Positions 48,372-58,937 are shown, numbered from the stretch's first letter. The stretch: DNA of 64,000 bases from an uncultured candidate division Zixibacteria bacterium (GCA_963713865.1 OY970208.1:2368001-2432000), one strand, 5' to 3'. Program-made: numbers and translations. The notes: generated from the sequence alone by a model not told the origin.

Positions 48372-51300
48372 TCAAACTTTTTCCGCTACCACCTCTTCTG
48401 GATTGAGTTTCACTGATACCATTTTTGACACACCCAATTTTTCCATAGTAACCCCATAAAGCACATCTGCTGATTCCATAGTCATTTTGTTATGGGTTAT
48501 GATAATGAACTGTGTCTTCTGGCTGAAATTCTTAATCAATTTTATGAAACGAGCTAAATTAGCATCGTCTAAGGGCGCATCCACCTCATCCAGGATACAG
48601 AAAGGACTGGGTTTCACTAAATAAAGTGCAAAAAGTAAAGATAAAGCGGTTAAAGCCTTCTCTCCTCCGGAGAGCTGATTAATATTTATTAGTTTTTTAC
48701 CCAGAGGACGGGCTGAGATCTCTATGGGTGATTCCAGAGGGTCCATACCCTCTACCAGATTTAATTCTGTCTCTCCCCCTTCAAATAGCTGCCCAAATAC
48801 TTGCTGGAAATTCGTCTTTACTTTCTGGAAAGTTTCTAAAAAAAGCTCGGTGGCGGTTTGATTTATCTTATCTATAGTAGATGCTAAGTTCCCTTTAGCC
48901 TCAACCAAATCCTGCATCTGCTTTTGCAGAAAATCGAACCTTTCTTTCTGCTGCTGATACTCCTCCGAAGCCAAAAGATTGACCGCTCCTAAAAGCTTAA
49001 GCTTCTCTTTTAATTCAGAGATTTTCTGGGGATAGCTTTCTATCTCCTTTTTTTCTTCATCTCTCAGATCTTCTATTATCTCTAAGTTTTTTTCTTGCTC
49101 CTCCCAGATTTTCTTTTTCAGGTTATCCCGGTTAGTATAAACCTCTAATTTCTCCATCTCTAATTTATGCCAGCTTTCCTGCAGTTCATCTTTTTTCTTT
49201 CTTTGAGCTTTCAGATCCTCTTCGAATGAAAGGAGTTGTGGCTGAATCTGTTCTAATTCCTGTTTACAACTATCTTCTAAGTTCTCCTTTTCCTTTTTCT
49301 CCTCCACTTTTTTCTCTAATAACCCCTGGTGTTCAGATATCTTGTTACCAAGCTCTTCCATCCCTGAAATTAATGCATCGAGCTCCTTTTGCTTCGATTC
49401 CTCGCTTGACTTCAGATCAGATAATAGCTCTTTGAGCCTTTCTTTTTCATTTCTCAACTGCTCTTCTTTTCCCTGGAGACTAACCAGTTCTATCCTCAGT
49501 TCATTCAAATTGGAATAGACATTATCCCTTTCTCTCTCAACTTTTTCTAACTCTTTGGCCAGTTCCATATACTCCTGCTCTAATATTTTTTTCTTCTCCT
49601 GTAATTCGCCTGAGCTTAAAACCCCTTCCTTTTCTTTTAAAAGCACAATTGCCTGATTCAGCTCCTCTTTCTTCTGTTTTAAAATCTGCTGTCTCCGGAC
49701 CAGTCCTTTTCGGTTCTCCTCTTGCCGGGCAATATCTAATTCCAGCTCGTTGTACTTAACCTTCTCCTCTTCGATCTTTTTATCTAAATCCAGAAGCGAA
49801 GATTGTATCTCTGTTTTTCCCTTTTCCTCCAACTCTATCTTTTTATTCAGTCCAGCTAATTCATTCTCCAGGGAAGAAAGTCTCTCCGCAAGTTTCTGTA
49901 ACTCCTCTTCTCTACCAATTAAAAATAGCTCCTTCTCTGACCCGCCTTCCAATACTTTGCCCTCTCTGATTATCTGGCCATCCAGAGTTACTACTCCATA
50001 TCCCGGACCTAACTTCGAGCTCAGTTCGATTCCATCTGGCAATGTATCAACCAGGATTACCTTTCCTAAAAGGAAATCTATTACTGGACGATGCCCCTCT
50101 TCACATTTGACAAAATCTCTAACCCATCCCTTTACCCCAATTCCATCCAGTTCCATTTTCTCAGGAATAAATTTTAACTCTTTAAATCTGTCCAGGACAA
50201 TAAAGGTAGCTCTCCCTTTTTTCTCCTTTCTTAAGAATTCAATCCCCTTCTGGGCGGAGTTGAAATCTTCCGAAAGGATATACTGGGCCGACTCACCTAA
50301 GGCTGACTCTATGGCGGTTAGATATTCTTTCTCTGTAGTTATAAGATTAGCTACTGGAGCAATCAATCCGGGAAATACCTCCTTTTGACCTAAAACCGCC
50401 TTTACTCCCGCCTGATACCCCTCATAATGCTGGATCATATCCCGGAACAGTTCAAATTTTGCTTTAAGGGAACTTTCCTCTTTCTCTTTCTCTATTCTTT
50501 TTTCAACCAAACTCTCCAAACTTATCCGGGTCTCCTCTGACTTCTTCTGAAGAGCCACCTTTTCTTTTGCTTTGTCTTCTAAGGAATTATTACAGGAAAG
50601 TACCGAGTTCTGTAAAACTTCTTTTCCCTTCTCAATTTTCTCTAAATCCCTGAGCAGATTTTCCTCTTCCTCAGATACCAAACTACTATTTCTTTCCAGT
50701 TCATCTAACTGCATTTTAAGATTTTGTTCTTCCAGCTCTGCTTGATGTACCATCTCACCTGCATCTGAAAGCTGAGTGTCACTTGAGGCTACTTTTTCTT
50801 TGAATTCCTTCAATCTAACCTCTATGGCTTTCAGTCCCTCTTCGGTTTTCAGGTGTTCTTTTTCTTTGGAGCTTATCTTTTCTAAAACCTCTTTTATCTT
50901 TTCCTCTTTACCCTCTATCTCCTGTACCATCAAATCTCTGCGAGAAAGATTTTCCCCTATCTCCTTTATTAATTTCTCCTTATCCTGTTCTAAATTGAGC
51001 TTCCTCTCATTTAGTAAAACGCTCTCCTTTTCTAATCTATGTACTTCTTCAAGACAATTATCTAATTCCTGTTTATAGGAAAAGAATTTTTTCTCAACTT
51101 GAGTTAACTCCAATCTCAGATTTTCATTTTTTAATTCCAGCTCTGCTAATTTTGCCTGCTGAGTTACCCGCTCCTGTCCCAATTCAGAGAGCCTGACTTC
51201 AAGCCCCACTTCCCTTTCTCTCAGAAGCTCATACTGATTTTTACTCAACCTGAGCTCTAAATCTTTCAATTCCTGGGATAATCTTTTAAACCGTTCAGAT

Positions 51301-51932
51301 TTCCTAACCTGTCTTTTCAGAGAATTAACCTGTTTTTCAATTTCTGCAACCAGATCTTTTAAACGTAAAAGATCGTTTTCCGTGCTCTCTAATTTCCTTA
51401 ATGCTTCTTTTTTCCGGTGTTTATATTTGGAGATGCCGCTTGCCTCCTCGAACAAAAATCTTCGATCTTCAGTCTTGTTCGATAAGATCGATTCAACCAT
51501 CTCTGGCTGGATCACCGAATAGGCATGAGCTCCCATCCCGGTATCTAAGAAAAGATCGATGATATCTTTTAAGCGGCAGATTTTTTTGTTCAAAAGATAC
51601 TCGCTTTCACCTGAACGGAATAAACGACGGGTGATATATACCTCCTGATATTCAGTAGGCAGGATCCCCAGGTTATTCTGAATTACCAGAGATACCTCTG
51701 CCATCCCTAAAGGTTTCAGCTCTTTTGTGCCGTTGAAGATCACCTCTTCCATTCTCTCCCCTCTTAAAAGAGAGGTTCTCTGCTCTCCCAAAACCCAGCG
51801 GATGGCATCTAAGATATTTGTTTTACCGCAGCCATTCGGACCCACTACGGCCGTAATCCCCTCGTCAAAAAATAGTTCAGTTTTATAGGGAAAAGATTTG
51901 AACCCTAAGATCTCTAACTTGGATAAATACAA
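48372..51932 (-). CDS. smc: Chromosome partition protein Smc
   Basis: GFKSF, GPNGCGKTN, coiled coils and hinge, LSGGE, LDEVDAPLD. Confidence 0.96.
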   Translation of the reverse strand: MYLSKLEILGFKSFPYKTELFFDEGITAVVGPNGCGKTNILDAIRWVLGEQRTSLLRGERMEEVIFNGTKELKPLGMAEVSLVIQNNLGILPTEYQEVYITRRLFRSGESEYLLNKKICRLKDIIDLFLDTGMGAHAYSVIQPEMVESILSNKTEDRRFLFEEASGISKYKHRKKEALRKLESTENDLLRLKDLVAEIEKQVNSLKRQVRKSERFKRLSQELKDLELRLSKNQYELLREREVGLEVRLSELGQERVTQQAKLAELELKNENLRLELTQVEKKFFSYKQELDNCLEEVHRLEKESVLLNERKLNLEQDKEKLIKEIGENLSRRDLMVQEIEGKEEKIKEVLEKISSKEKEHLKTEEGLKAIEVRLKEFKEKVASSDTQLSDAGEMVHQAELEEQNLKMQLDELERNSSLVSEEEENLLRDLEKIEKGKEVLQNSVLSCNNSLEDKAKEKVALQKKSEETRISLESLVEKRIEKEKEESSLKAKFELFRDMIQHYEGYQAGVKAVLGQKEVFPGLIAPVANLITTEKEYLTAIESALGESAQYILSEDFNSAQKGIEFLRKEKKGRATFIVLDRFKELKFIPEKMELDGIGVKGWVRDFVKCEEGHRPVIDFLLGKVILVDTLPDGIELSSKLGPGYGVVTLDGQIIREGKVLEGGSEKELFLIGREEELQKLAERLSSLENELAGLNKKIELEEKGKTEIQSSLLDLDKKIEEEKVKYNELELDIARQEENRKGLVRRQQILKQKKEELNQAIVLLKEKEGVLSSGELQEKKKILEQEYMELAKELEKVERERDNVYSNLNELRIELVSLQGKEEQLRNEKERLKELLSDLKSSEESKQKELDALISGMEELGNKISEHQGLLEKKVEEKKEKENLEDSCKQELEQIQPQLLSFEEDLKAQRKKKDELQESWHKLEMEKLEVYTNRDNLKKKIWEEQEKNLEIIEDLRDEEKKEIESYPQKISELKEKLKLLGAVNLLASEEYQQQKERFDFLQKQMQDLVEAKGNLASTIDKINQTATELFLETFQKVKTNFQQVFGQLFEGGETELNLVEGMDPLESPIEISARPLGKKLININQLSGGEKALTALSLLFALYLVKPSPFCILDEVDAPLDDANLARFIKLIKNFSQKTQFIIITHNKMTMESADVLYGVTMEKLGVSKMVSVKLNPEEVVAEKV

Positions 51933-51971
51933 TTAAACCTCCTCTCCTGGTTCCTGTTTCTCGGAAAGTTT

Positions 51972-52772
51972 TCATCTTTCCCCCTCAGCAGTTTCTAAGA
52001 AATCTTGGTAGTTATCTTTATTTATCTCACGACCGAAAATCCCTTTACCCTTCGGTCCAAACGGCTTGAGCCTTTTTCCATTTAGATATCCCTTGACTGC
52101 CCAGGCTCTTCCTAAGGTGAGCTTAAAGCGATTTCTGGCTTTATATTCTGCTTTCATTCCACCATTGATAAATCCGCTGAAAAGCGTATCTCCATCTCCA
52201 ATCACTAAAGCCCAGCACTTTTCTGCTCCCTCTAAGCTTAAGGTCATCTCCTCCGGTTCAGAAACAACCTCCCTTACCTCTTTTTTCCCCAAGGATTCGT
52301 TCTCAGATTTAACTGAATCTATCGCCGTAGAAGGTAAGCTCATTCTGGCCTCTTCTACTTTTGGCCCGGAAACCTTATTATGAAAAAGAGTATCCGTCTT
52401 TTTTTGCATTATAAATACTAAAATAATAACCAGGCCTAAAATAATGCCCGCCCAGACCAAAAGATGATTATTGCTCTTTTTCTTTGTCTGGACAATTTCA
52501 GGATAAGGTTCTACCCTTTCCTTTTCTGTGGTTTCTGATTCTGCTTTTTTTTCAAAGAATTTCTTCGTCAGCTCTTCAAAATTCAAACCCAGATAATCGG
52601 CATAGGCTTTCACAAATATTTTTTTATAAAGAGGTGCAGGCAAAAGCTCATATCTCTCCTCTTCCAGAGCTTCCAAGTAGGCCAGCTTGATCCTGATTTC
52701 AGCTGAAACCTGCTCTAAGCTAACCCCTGAGGCTTTTCTTTTTTCCTTTAAGAATGAACCTAAACTCTCCAA
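51972..52772 (-). CDS. rodZ: RodZ-like protein (HTH, TM, periplasmic DUF4115-like domain)
   Basis: LG..LK..R...G.SLE.V....I...YL.ALE...F.K.YA.YLGL, then a TM. Confidence 0.8.
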   Translation of the reverse strand: MESLGSFLKEKRKASGVSLEQVSAEIRIKLAYLEALEEERYELLPAPLYKKIFVKAYADYLGLNFEELTKKFFEKKAESETTEKERVEPYPEIVQTKKKSNNHLLVWAGIILGLVIILVFIMQKKTDTLFHNKVSGPKVEEARMSLPSTAIDSVKSENESLGKKEVREVVSEPEEMTLSLEGAEKCWALVIGDGDTLFSGFINGGMKAEYKARNRFKLTLGRAWAVKGYLNGKRLKPFGPKGKGIFGREINKDNYQDFLETAEGER

Positions 52773-52784
52773 TTTCCCCTCGCT

Positions 52785-53381
52785 TCAGGATTTGATCTTC
52801 AGAAGCAGCTCTTTTAATTTTTTCATGGGAAGCCCAATCACGTTATCTAAATCCCCATCGATTTTTTCCACCAGAAAATTCCCCATCCCCTGAATGCCAT
52901 AAGCTCCAGCTTTATCCATTGGTTCGCCAGTCTTTATGTAGTCCTCAATTTCTTTATCCTTAAGCTGGTTGAATTTGACTCTAGTAAGTTGATAATCACT
53001 TGAAATTTTTCCATTTTTTATATCTAAAAGTGTAATCCCGGTATAAACCTTATGCTCCTTTCCGCTTAACTTTTTCAGTATCCTGAAAGCATCTACTTGA
53101 TCTTTAGGTTTACCTAAAATCTCTTTGTTTAAAACCACTATGGTATCAGAGCCAAGAATAAACCCATCCTTAATCTTTTGAGAAACACTTTCTGCCTTTT
53201 TCCTGGAAAGCTCTAAAACATGAAAAACTGGATCATCTGAAACCTCTTCCTCTTTTATATTCTCAGGAAATATCACCTCAAAATCCAATTGGGCAGCTTT
53301 CAATATCTCACTTCTTCTGGGTGAGGTAGATGCCAAAACCAACTTTTTTCCATCTAAAAGTTTTTTAAAATCTGAGGTCAT
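52785..53381 (-). CDS. maf: Maf nucleoside triphosphate pyrophosphatase
   Basis: LASTSPRR, GSDTIV, DKAGAYGIQG, NVIGLP. Confidence 0.93.
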   Translation of the reverse strand: MTSDFKKLLDGKKLVLASTSPRRSEILKAAQLDFEVIFPENIKEEEVSDDPVFHVLELSRKKAESVSQKIKDGFILGSDTIVVLNKEILGKPKDQVDAFRILKKLSGKEHKVYTGITLLDIKNGKISSDYQLTRVKFNQLKDKEIEDYIKTGEPMDKAGAYGIQGMGNFLVEKIDGDLDNVIGLPMKKLKELLLKIKS

Positions 53382-53487
53382 AATATAATTCTTAGTTGTC
53401 GGACAGGTACAAGCCCGTCCCTACAAATTTCTACGGCGTCAGAATGACAATTCGTAGGGGCGGAGCTCGCCTCCACCCGCATTATTA

Positions 53488-53934
53488 TCATTTCTCCATA
53501 CTATCTAAGATAAAAGTTACTGGGCCATCATTAAAAATTTTTACCAACATCTTTGCTCCAAATATTCCCTGCTCAATCTTTAACCCTTTTTCTTTTAAAT
53601 GATCTACAAACTTCAGATAAAATTTCTCCGCTTCTACTGGCTCCAGTGCTTCAGTAAAACTTGGCCTTCTCCCCTTTTGGGTATCACCGTATAAAGTGAA
53701 CTGAGAGATAACCAAAATTTCTGCCCCCACCTCTAAAGCTGAAAGATTCATCTTCCCTTGTGCATCTTCAAAGATTCTCAAGTTCATACATTTATCCGAT
53801 AAATAACCTGCTTCCTTTTCGCTATCTCTGGTTGTAATACCAATTAATAAAACCAGACCTTTACCTATCTTACCAACTGTTTTACCTTCAACTTCAACTG
53901 AAGCCTCCCTCACCCTCTGGAGTACAACTCTCAA
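53488..53934 (-). CDS. dtd: D-aminoacyl-tRNA deacylase
   Basis: MRVVLQRV, SQFTL, G.RP.F, NDGPVT. Confidence 0.95.
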   Translation of the reverse strand: MRVVLQRVREASVEVEGKTVGKIGKGLVLLIGITTRDSEKEAGYLSDKCMNLRIFEDAQGKMNLSALEVGAEILVISQFTLYGDTQKGRRPSFTEALEPVEAEKFYLKFVDHLKEKGLKIEQGIFGAKMLVKIFNDGPVTFILDSMEK

Positions 53935-54246
53935 GTTCTCTCCTTATAAATACTCGTGAGAAAATTAATAGAAACCTTTATAGTTGTCAACAAAAAAAAC
54001 CATATAAAATGTGTCTTTAAAATACAATATGCCTATATGTTGTGGTATTAATCCAATAAGTTATACATACCCTTTCCTCTGTAAAACGTATGCATAGGAA
54101 AGAATTGGGATGAGGTTAAGTTTCTCTATAACATCCTGAATGATGAACGAAATGATTGTATCTAAATCCTTAAGGTTTCTATATTTTTTTAGAGAAAAAG
54201 AGGGGCTGAAGTCTCAAGACCTTGATGGTCTTTCAATACGTCAAAT

Positions 54247-54275
54247 AAAAAAGCCATCCAAACACGGATGGCTTT
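54247..54275 (-). terminator. Intrinsic terminator of the minor pilin operon
   Basis: aaaaaagccatccaaacacggatggcttt. Confidence 0.75.
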
Positions 54276-54294
54276 AATTTTCTATTTTTCAATC

Positions 54295-55920
54295 TCAGTC
54301 ACTGGTCTTTTTTACCCAGCTTACGTTCTGCACGATATTCACCACTGGTGTTCCAGGAGGAAGATTGGCCGGATTCAGAAGATCAGTATCAAAAGCCCAA
54401 TTACGATCGGGAGGAGAATAGTAAGAACCAAACCAGAGACCAGTGGCCTGCTGGCTGAACCACAGATCGACCATCGAGCCACGGTAAGTAAAATTCTTAC
54501 TATCCCAATTCTCTAAAAAGCGGGGAAGGTTCTCCAAACCACCACTGTAGTTCCCACCTTGAGAATTGGTATTACCGGTTAAGAAAGAGACGTTAACCGA
54601 AGTATTAGAGGCAGTTCTATTGCTCAAACTTTTAGAGCTATTAGCATCACTCCAGTTATTGGAAAGAATGGTTAGGGCATCCGTGAAAACTGAGGATGGC
54701 TTCTTACTTACCGTGTTGTAATCCCCTTTGATATAAAGTGGATTGCTGGTGGCAACCGTTAAAGGAGCTGCTAAAGTAGCGCCGTTAACCAGGCGAACTG
54801 CCTGCTCAGTTCCTGATACTGTATTTCGAGACGCATAGAGTATCCCGTTGCTCGGAAAATATCCACTGGTGTTCAATAGACCGACATTGATATCATAAGA
54901 GGTGACGTTTTTCTGTTCTCTGGCATTGTAAAAGGTATTGGTGGTCAGGGCACCGCTTGAGGTAAGATTAGAAGTAACATCCTGCCAGGTGCCTGTGCCC
55001 GTTTTATACCAGGCTAGACCGTCCACAATCTTCAATCCCGCTTTATTCTCGTAACTATCTGAATTACCTGATCCTCTTTTGATCATATTGATCGGATCGC
55101 CTGCCGCTACTACCGGTAGATTAAGCTCGGTCATACCCATAGATTGATCCTCCACCAAACCTCCCCATCTGGTTAAAGATTTGGATACCCAACTTGTATC
55201 CCGACTATCTAAATAGGTACCGTCTGCATTTTTCATATTCTGATAATTCCCCAGATTATCTTTTATGAATACGTCGTGATCTGTATTGCTCCTTCCTGAA
55301 CCTGGTTTCCTGCCGTAAAAGACATCTAATGCGGCTGTGCAATATGAATTGATGTACAGAGCATTCTCAGAACCTAAATACATATTTCCGTTCGTATGTA
55401 CTCTGCCGCCCAAGGTCATAACAGGACCCGGGTATATCTCTAAATCGTTTTGATAAAAGACTGCAAATTGAAAGATCGGCACTAAAGCATCATCCATAAC
55501 CTGGACTATCTTGGCCCTTGCTGGATCGGGATTACCTACTGCCTCAGAGGTAATCTTAAACGTTTTCACAAAACCATACAATCCTTTATAAGCGCCAATT
55601 GTCAAGTTTTTCTGCACCGCTGCGCCATTATCTACAGTTGAATCGGTAACCGTATAGTTGTTCAACGTGAAACTTCCTGTAGGCAAAGGGCTCGGAGGGT
55701 TGCCTGTGGAGATATAGCTTGTCCTGATCTCTGATTCTGCTTTTTTAACTCCTGCTTCAGCCGCATAAAATGCGTTAGTGCTCCTCTTTTGATTCCCGGC
55801 TAACTCCTGGTCAAAATTGGATGTGGTTAAAGCTGCAATTCCCAAAATAGTCATCATCAAAAGGATAATCAAAAGGATAAACATGCTGAACCCTTTTTGA
55901 CTTTTTAATTTTTTGCTCAT
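54295..55920 (-). CDS. pilX: Large PilX-like minor pilin
   Basis: QKG|FSMFILL prepilin site lacking Glu5; AFYAAEAG PilX-N motif; long beta-rich C-terminus. Confidence 0.75.
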   Translation of the reverse strand: MSKKLKSQKGFSMFILLIILLMMTILGIAALTTSNFDQELAGNQKRSTNAFYAAEAGVKKAESEIRTSYISTGNPPSPLPTGSFTLNNYTVTDSTVDNGAAVQKNLTIGAYKGLYGFVKTFKITSEAVGNPDPARAKIVQVMDDALVPIFQFAVFYQNDLEIYPGPVMTLGGRVHTNGNMYLGSENALYINSYCTAALDVFYGRKPGSGRSNTDHDVFIKDNLGNYQNMKNADGTYLDSRDTSWVSKSLTRWGGLVEDQSMGMTELNLPVVAAGDPINMIKRGSGNSDSYENKAGLKIVDGLAWYKTGTGTWQDVTSNLTSSGALTTNTFYNAREQKNVTSYDINVGLLNTSGYFPSNGILYASRNTVSGTEQAVRLVNGATLAAPLTVATSNPLYIKGDYNTVSKKPSSVFTDALTILSNNWSDANSSKSLSNRTASNTSVNVSFLTGNTNSQGGNYSGGLENLPRFLENWDSKNFTYRGSMVDLWFSQQATGLWFGSYYSPPDRNWAFDTDLLNPANLPPGTPVVNIVQNVSWVKKTSD

Positions 55921-55934
55921 AAATCTTTTCCCTC

Positions 55935-56801
55935 CTACAGACCTAAGTTTCTAACCTTAACCGAAGACAGGTAAGTCCTTTTCCTGTAATTATGCAGTTG
56001 CAGGTCTTGTTTATCAGTTCTACTTCTTAAGGTAATTTTAACTTCTCTCACCACTTTACTTGTAACCGGCACATCTACATATACCCCGTTCGCCAGTCCA
56101 TATTTGAACTGCAGATCTTCGATATTCTCGGCAAATACCTGAGGAACCATATCTATACCCATTCTCATCAGCTTTGGATGATTCGCATCAGTGGTTATAT
56201 CCAGATAATATTTATAAAATTTGACCATCATCACTATGCTCCCCAACGGATAGCATTTTGAAAGGTTCATCGTATTATGCTGGATATTGCTTGTAGAGAT
56301 CTGAACCTGAGTTATATAGAAAAACTCTCCGGTCAAGGTGTTGGGATCGTAAATATAAGCCCAGGTATCCTGGTTAAAACAGCTTACATCATGACCATCA
56401 CAGCGTAACTCGGAGCTGGGCTGGGGCATAGCATGTTCAATCGGCGCCTGGCATCCATTTTCATACATATATAGAATAGTTATAGTATCCGGATTAGTAT
56501 TCTTGGCAATTATCGGATTTACTCCGTTGGGAAGCTGGTAACCGGCCATCATGATTTTGTTGGATAATTCCTCGAGTGAGGCTCTGCCGTTCTGCTGCAT
56601 CTCAGAGATCTGCTCCTCGATAATCCAGGTTTTATGCTGGTTTAAATAAACCTCAAAACCAGCTGCGATTATTATCAGCGCCATTATGGCGGAGACCAGA
56701 AGCTCGATTAAAGTCATTCCTCTCTCATTTAATCTTGGACTTCTCTTGATGCCTGGATTGACTATTGAAATTTTCATTTTAAACCTCTTACTTGACCTCA
56801 T
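55935..56801 (-). CDS. pilW: PilW-like minor pilin (start probably further downstream)
   Basis: ERG|MTLIELLVS, EMQQNGR.SL....I.MAGY, AENIEDLQF.YG, V.VRN. Confidence 0.8.
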   Translation of the reverse strand: MRSSKRFKMKISIVNPGIKRSPRLNERGMTLIELLVSAIMALIIIAAGFEVYLNQHKTWIIEEQISEMQQNGRASLEELSNKIMMAGYQLPNGVNPIIAKNTNPDTITILYMYENGCQAPIEHAMPQPSSELRCDGHDVSCFNQDTWAYIYDPNTLTGEFFYITQVQISTSNIQHNTMNLSKCYPLGSIVMMVKFYKYYLDITTDANHPKLMRMGIDMVPQVFAENIEDLQFKYGLANGVYVDVPVTSKVVREVKITLRSRTDKQDLQLHNYRKRTYLSSVKVRNLGL

Positions 56802-57141
56802 AGGTTATGGTCTGAATATGATGAGGTCGACTCCTCACATCATTCCAGTTCACGGAAACAGTTACTTTTTTCAGATTAGTTGCTACATTCTCCACTGTCC
56901 AGGTTCGGTTCTTGCTATCGACTATATCATTTCCTGAAGTTAAAACCGACGCACTCCGCAACTCTTCTAATTTCTGCTGAGCCAGAAGGGTTGCCTCGGA
57001 CAAATCATTGGCAAATTCATTGGCATTAATTGAAGCAATCATCATAGGGATCAACATCAATAAACCCAAGGCAAACACTACCATAGAAGCCATTATTTCT
57101 ATCAGCGATATACCTTTTTCTGATCTGAGTATTTTAGACAT
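56788..57141 (-). CDS. pilV: PilV-like minor pilin
   Basis: EKG|ISLIEIM, A..LAQQKLEELR, K.VTV.V.W; GGAG RBS before ATG 57141. Confidence 0.8.
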   Translation of the reverse strand: MSKILRSEKGISLIEIMASMVVFALGLLMLIPMMIASINANEFANDLSEATLLAQQKLEELRSASVLTSGNDIVDSKNRTWTVENVATNLKKVTVSVNWNDVRSRPHHIQTITYEVK

Positions 57142-57178
57142 TTTTATTCTCCACTGACAAATTTTCAACTATTCTTAA

Positions 57179-57195
57179 GGCAATAAATGTGCCAA
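57179..57195 (-). promoter_or_regulatory. sigma54 (-24/-12) promoter of pilV-W-X
   Basis: Minus strand TTGGCAC-ATTTA-TTGCC, 38 nt upstream of the start codon. Confidence 0.75.
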
Positions 57196-57450
57196 AACTT
57201 ATGATTGGTTTGTTGTAATTAATTGATTAATAGGGGATTATGGAAAATTACTGCTCAATTTTTGAAAGGTTTTTGTATGAAATAAAATACTATTTTATTG
57301 GATTTATCCTATACATAAAAGGGATTTCACCATAATGGTTACAAAGTGAAACTAATTCTTATTAATTTATCAATATCTATCATAACTTCATCTCTTTTTA
57401 CACGATAAAAAGAGATTATCAATTGATCATTTTTAGAAATTGAGCAATTT

Positions 57451-57616
57451 ATAGGAGCGACCCCGGCGGATCACGCCCTTTCACTATTCCTCTCTCCTTT
57501 TAAGGAGAGAGCAAGGGTGAGGTTAAAAAAACAGAGACGGTATTGAATGCGTCTCTGTTTTTTAGACAAAAACTGGATGTTGTCATCCTTCAGATAAATA
57601 GGCGAATGATAACATC
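57451..57616. repeat. REP cluster
   Basis: ctctccttttaaggagag, cagagacg...cgtctctg, ggatgttgtcat...atgataacatcc. Confidence 0.65.
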
Positions 57617-57630
57617 CGCCCTGAGCAGAG

Positions 57631-58215
57631 CTACTTTGTTTTTTCCAGGTCCGTCTCCTTCCCTAAATTCTTCAACAAATACTCTGCATCATCCTTAAGG
57701 TCACTCTGCGGATATTCTTTTATAAATTTTTCGTAAATCTCCTTAGCTTTTGTGTAATCCTTCAGTTGCTCTGAATAAACAAAACCAGTTAGAAACAGAG
57801 CCTTATCACGATTTGAACCCTGTGGAAAGAAATTCAATATCTCCTCGTAAAGTTTAATGGCTAATAGAGGTTTTTCCTCATCTTGAAACTTCTGGGCATA
57901 ATCGAAGAAATCTTTTTCCAGATTATATTGAGGATACTTTTTAAAAAGACTTTTCCATACCTCCTCCGCGTTTTTCTGGTCATCCAAATAACCAAAATAA
58001 ACTACCCCAAGATTGAAATAGGTTTTGGGAAGATCTGGACTCTTAGGATACGCCTTAATAATCTGTTTATAAATCTTGACCGCTTCTTCAAATCTTTTCC
58101 CTTCTATTGCTTGTTGTGCTTCCTTATAAAGCAACTGTTCGCTTTTCTTTGAACAGTTAAAAACGAGAACAACAACTCCGAAGATAACCGTCAGCCATAA
58201 AATTTGTTTTTTCAT
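57631..58215 (-). CDS. TPR-repeat putative lipoprotein (BamD/CpoB-like)
   Basis: Signal ending VFNC; repeated Y..II..YP.S...A TPR units. Confidence 0.75.
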   Translation of the reverse strand: MKKQILWLTVIFGVVVLVFNCSKKSEQLLYKEAQQAIEGKRFEEAVKIYKQIIKAYPKSPDLPKTYFNLGVVYFGYLDDQKNAEEVWKSLFKKYPQYNLEKDFFDYAQKFQDEEKPLLAIKLYEEILNFFPQGSNRDKALFLTGFVYSEQLKDYTKAKEIYEKFIKEYPQSDLKDDAEYLLKNLGKETDLEKTK

Positions 58216-58314
58216 TTTTATCCTCATTGTGATTTTTCGTCGCGCGACCCTTTAGGTTCGCCAGGCGAGGCTAATCCCGCCAACAGCGGGTCGCGCTACT
58301 AACTCCTTCAAAAC

Positions 58315-58337
58315 AAAAGGCGAGTTTTCTCGCCTTT
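58315..58337 (-). terminator. Intrinsic terminator after dnaK-rpoZ-fmdB
   Basis: aaaaggcgagttttctcgccttt. Confidence 0.65.
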
Positions 58338-58370
58338 ATTTCATCTATCCATCTCAACTCAATCCCTCAT

Positions 58371-58649
58371 CTATTTAGATTTCGATTCCGTTTTAGTGCT
58401 GCTTTTCTCCTTCTTATCCTCTTTTACCGAAACCCCGCTCTCCTCTTTCGCTTTCTTTTTATAAGATTCGCTCCGGTGGTCAGTGATGTAAAATCCATTA
58501 CCCTTGAAAAGTATCCCTCCGCCAGCCGAGATCAACCTTTCAACCTCTCCTCCGCAATTTGGACAAATTTTTACTGGATCATCTTTCATCCTCTGGAATT
58601 TCTCAAATTTAAAAGCACAAGCTTTACATCTGTATTCGTAAGTCGGCAT
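58371..58649 (-). CDS. FmdB-family zinc ribbon protein
   Basis: MPTYEYRC..C...CP.CGG...FKG.GFY.TD. Confidence 0.9.
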   Translation of the reverse strand: MPTYEYRCKACAFKFEKFQRMKDDPVKICPNCGGEVERLISAGGGILFKGNGFYITDHRSESYKKKAKEESGVSVKEDKKEKSSTKTESKSK

Positions 58650-58659
58650 TTTACCATTC

Positions 58660-58902
58660 CTACTTTGGATGTTTTCTCCTGGTGTTCTTTGGGCGATCGA
58701 ACTTGATCTTACCTTCTAAAACCTCTTGCAGGGCTAAGGAAACTATCTTTTCCATCCGCGGCTTGACTTCTTCACTCTGCGATTCTTCTTCCTTTTTAAT
58801 AAGTATCTCATTTACTTTTCTGGCATGCTTTGCCGCCACGATGATAGCTTCGAACCGGTTAGTGGTAAATTTTCTGAAATCTTCTAAGGAATCTTGTCCC
58901 AT
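58660..58902 (-). CDS. rpoZ: RNA polymerase omega subunit
   Basis: NRFEAIIVAAKHAR...K.V..AL.E...GKI. Confidence 0.8.
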   Translation of the reverse strand: MGQDSLEDFRKFTTNRFEAIIVAAKHARKVNEILIKKEEESQSEEVKPRMEKIVSLALQEVLEGKIKFDRPKNTRRKHPK

Positions 58903-58937
58903 CGCTTTTCTCCCTGTATTTTGTAAGTTAAATATTT

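Noticed and set aside
53935-54294. Replication origin or ncRNA in the AT-rich spacer (also 57195..57450)
   Set aside because: No cluster of TTATCCACA boxes and no recognisable RNA structure; more simply promoter regions
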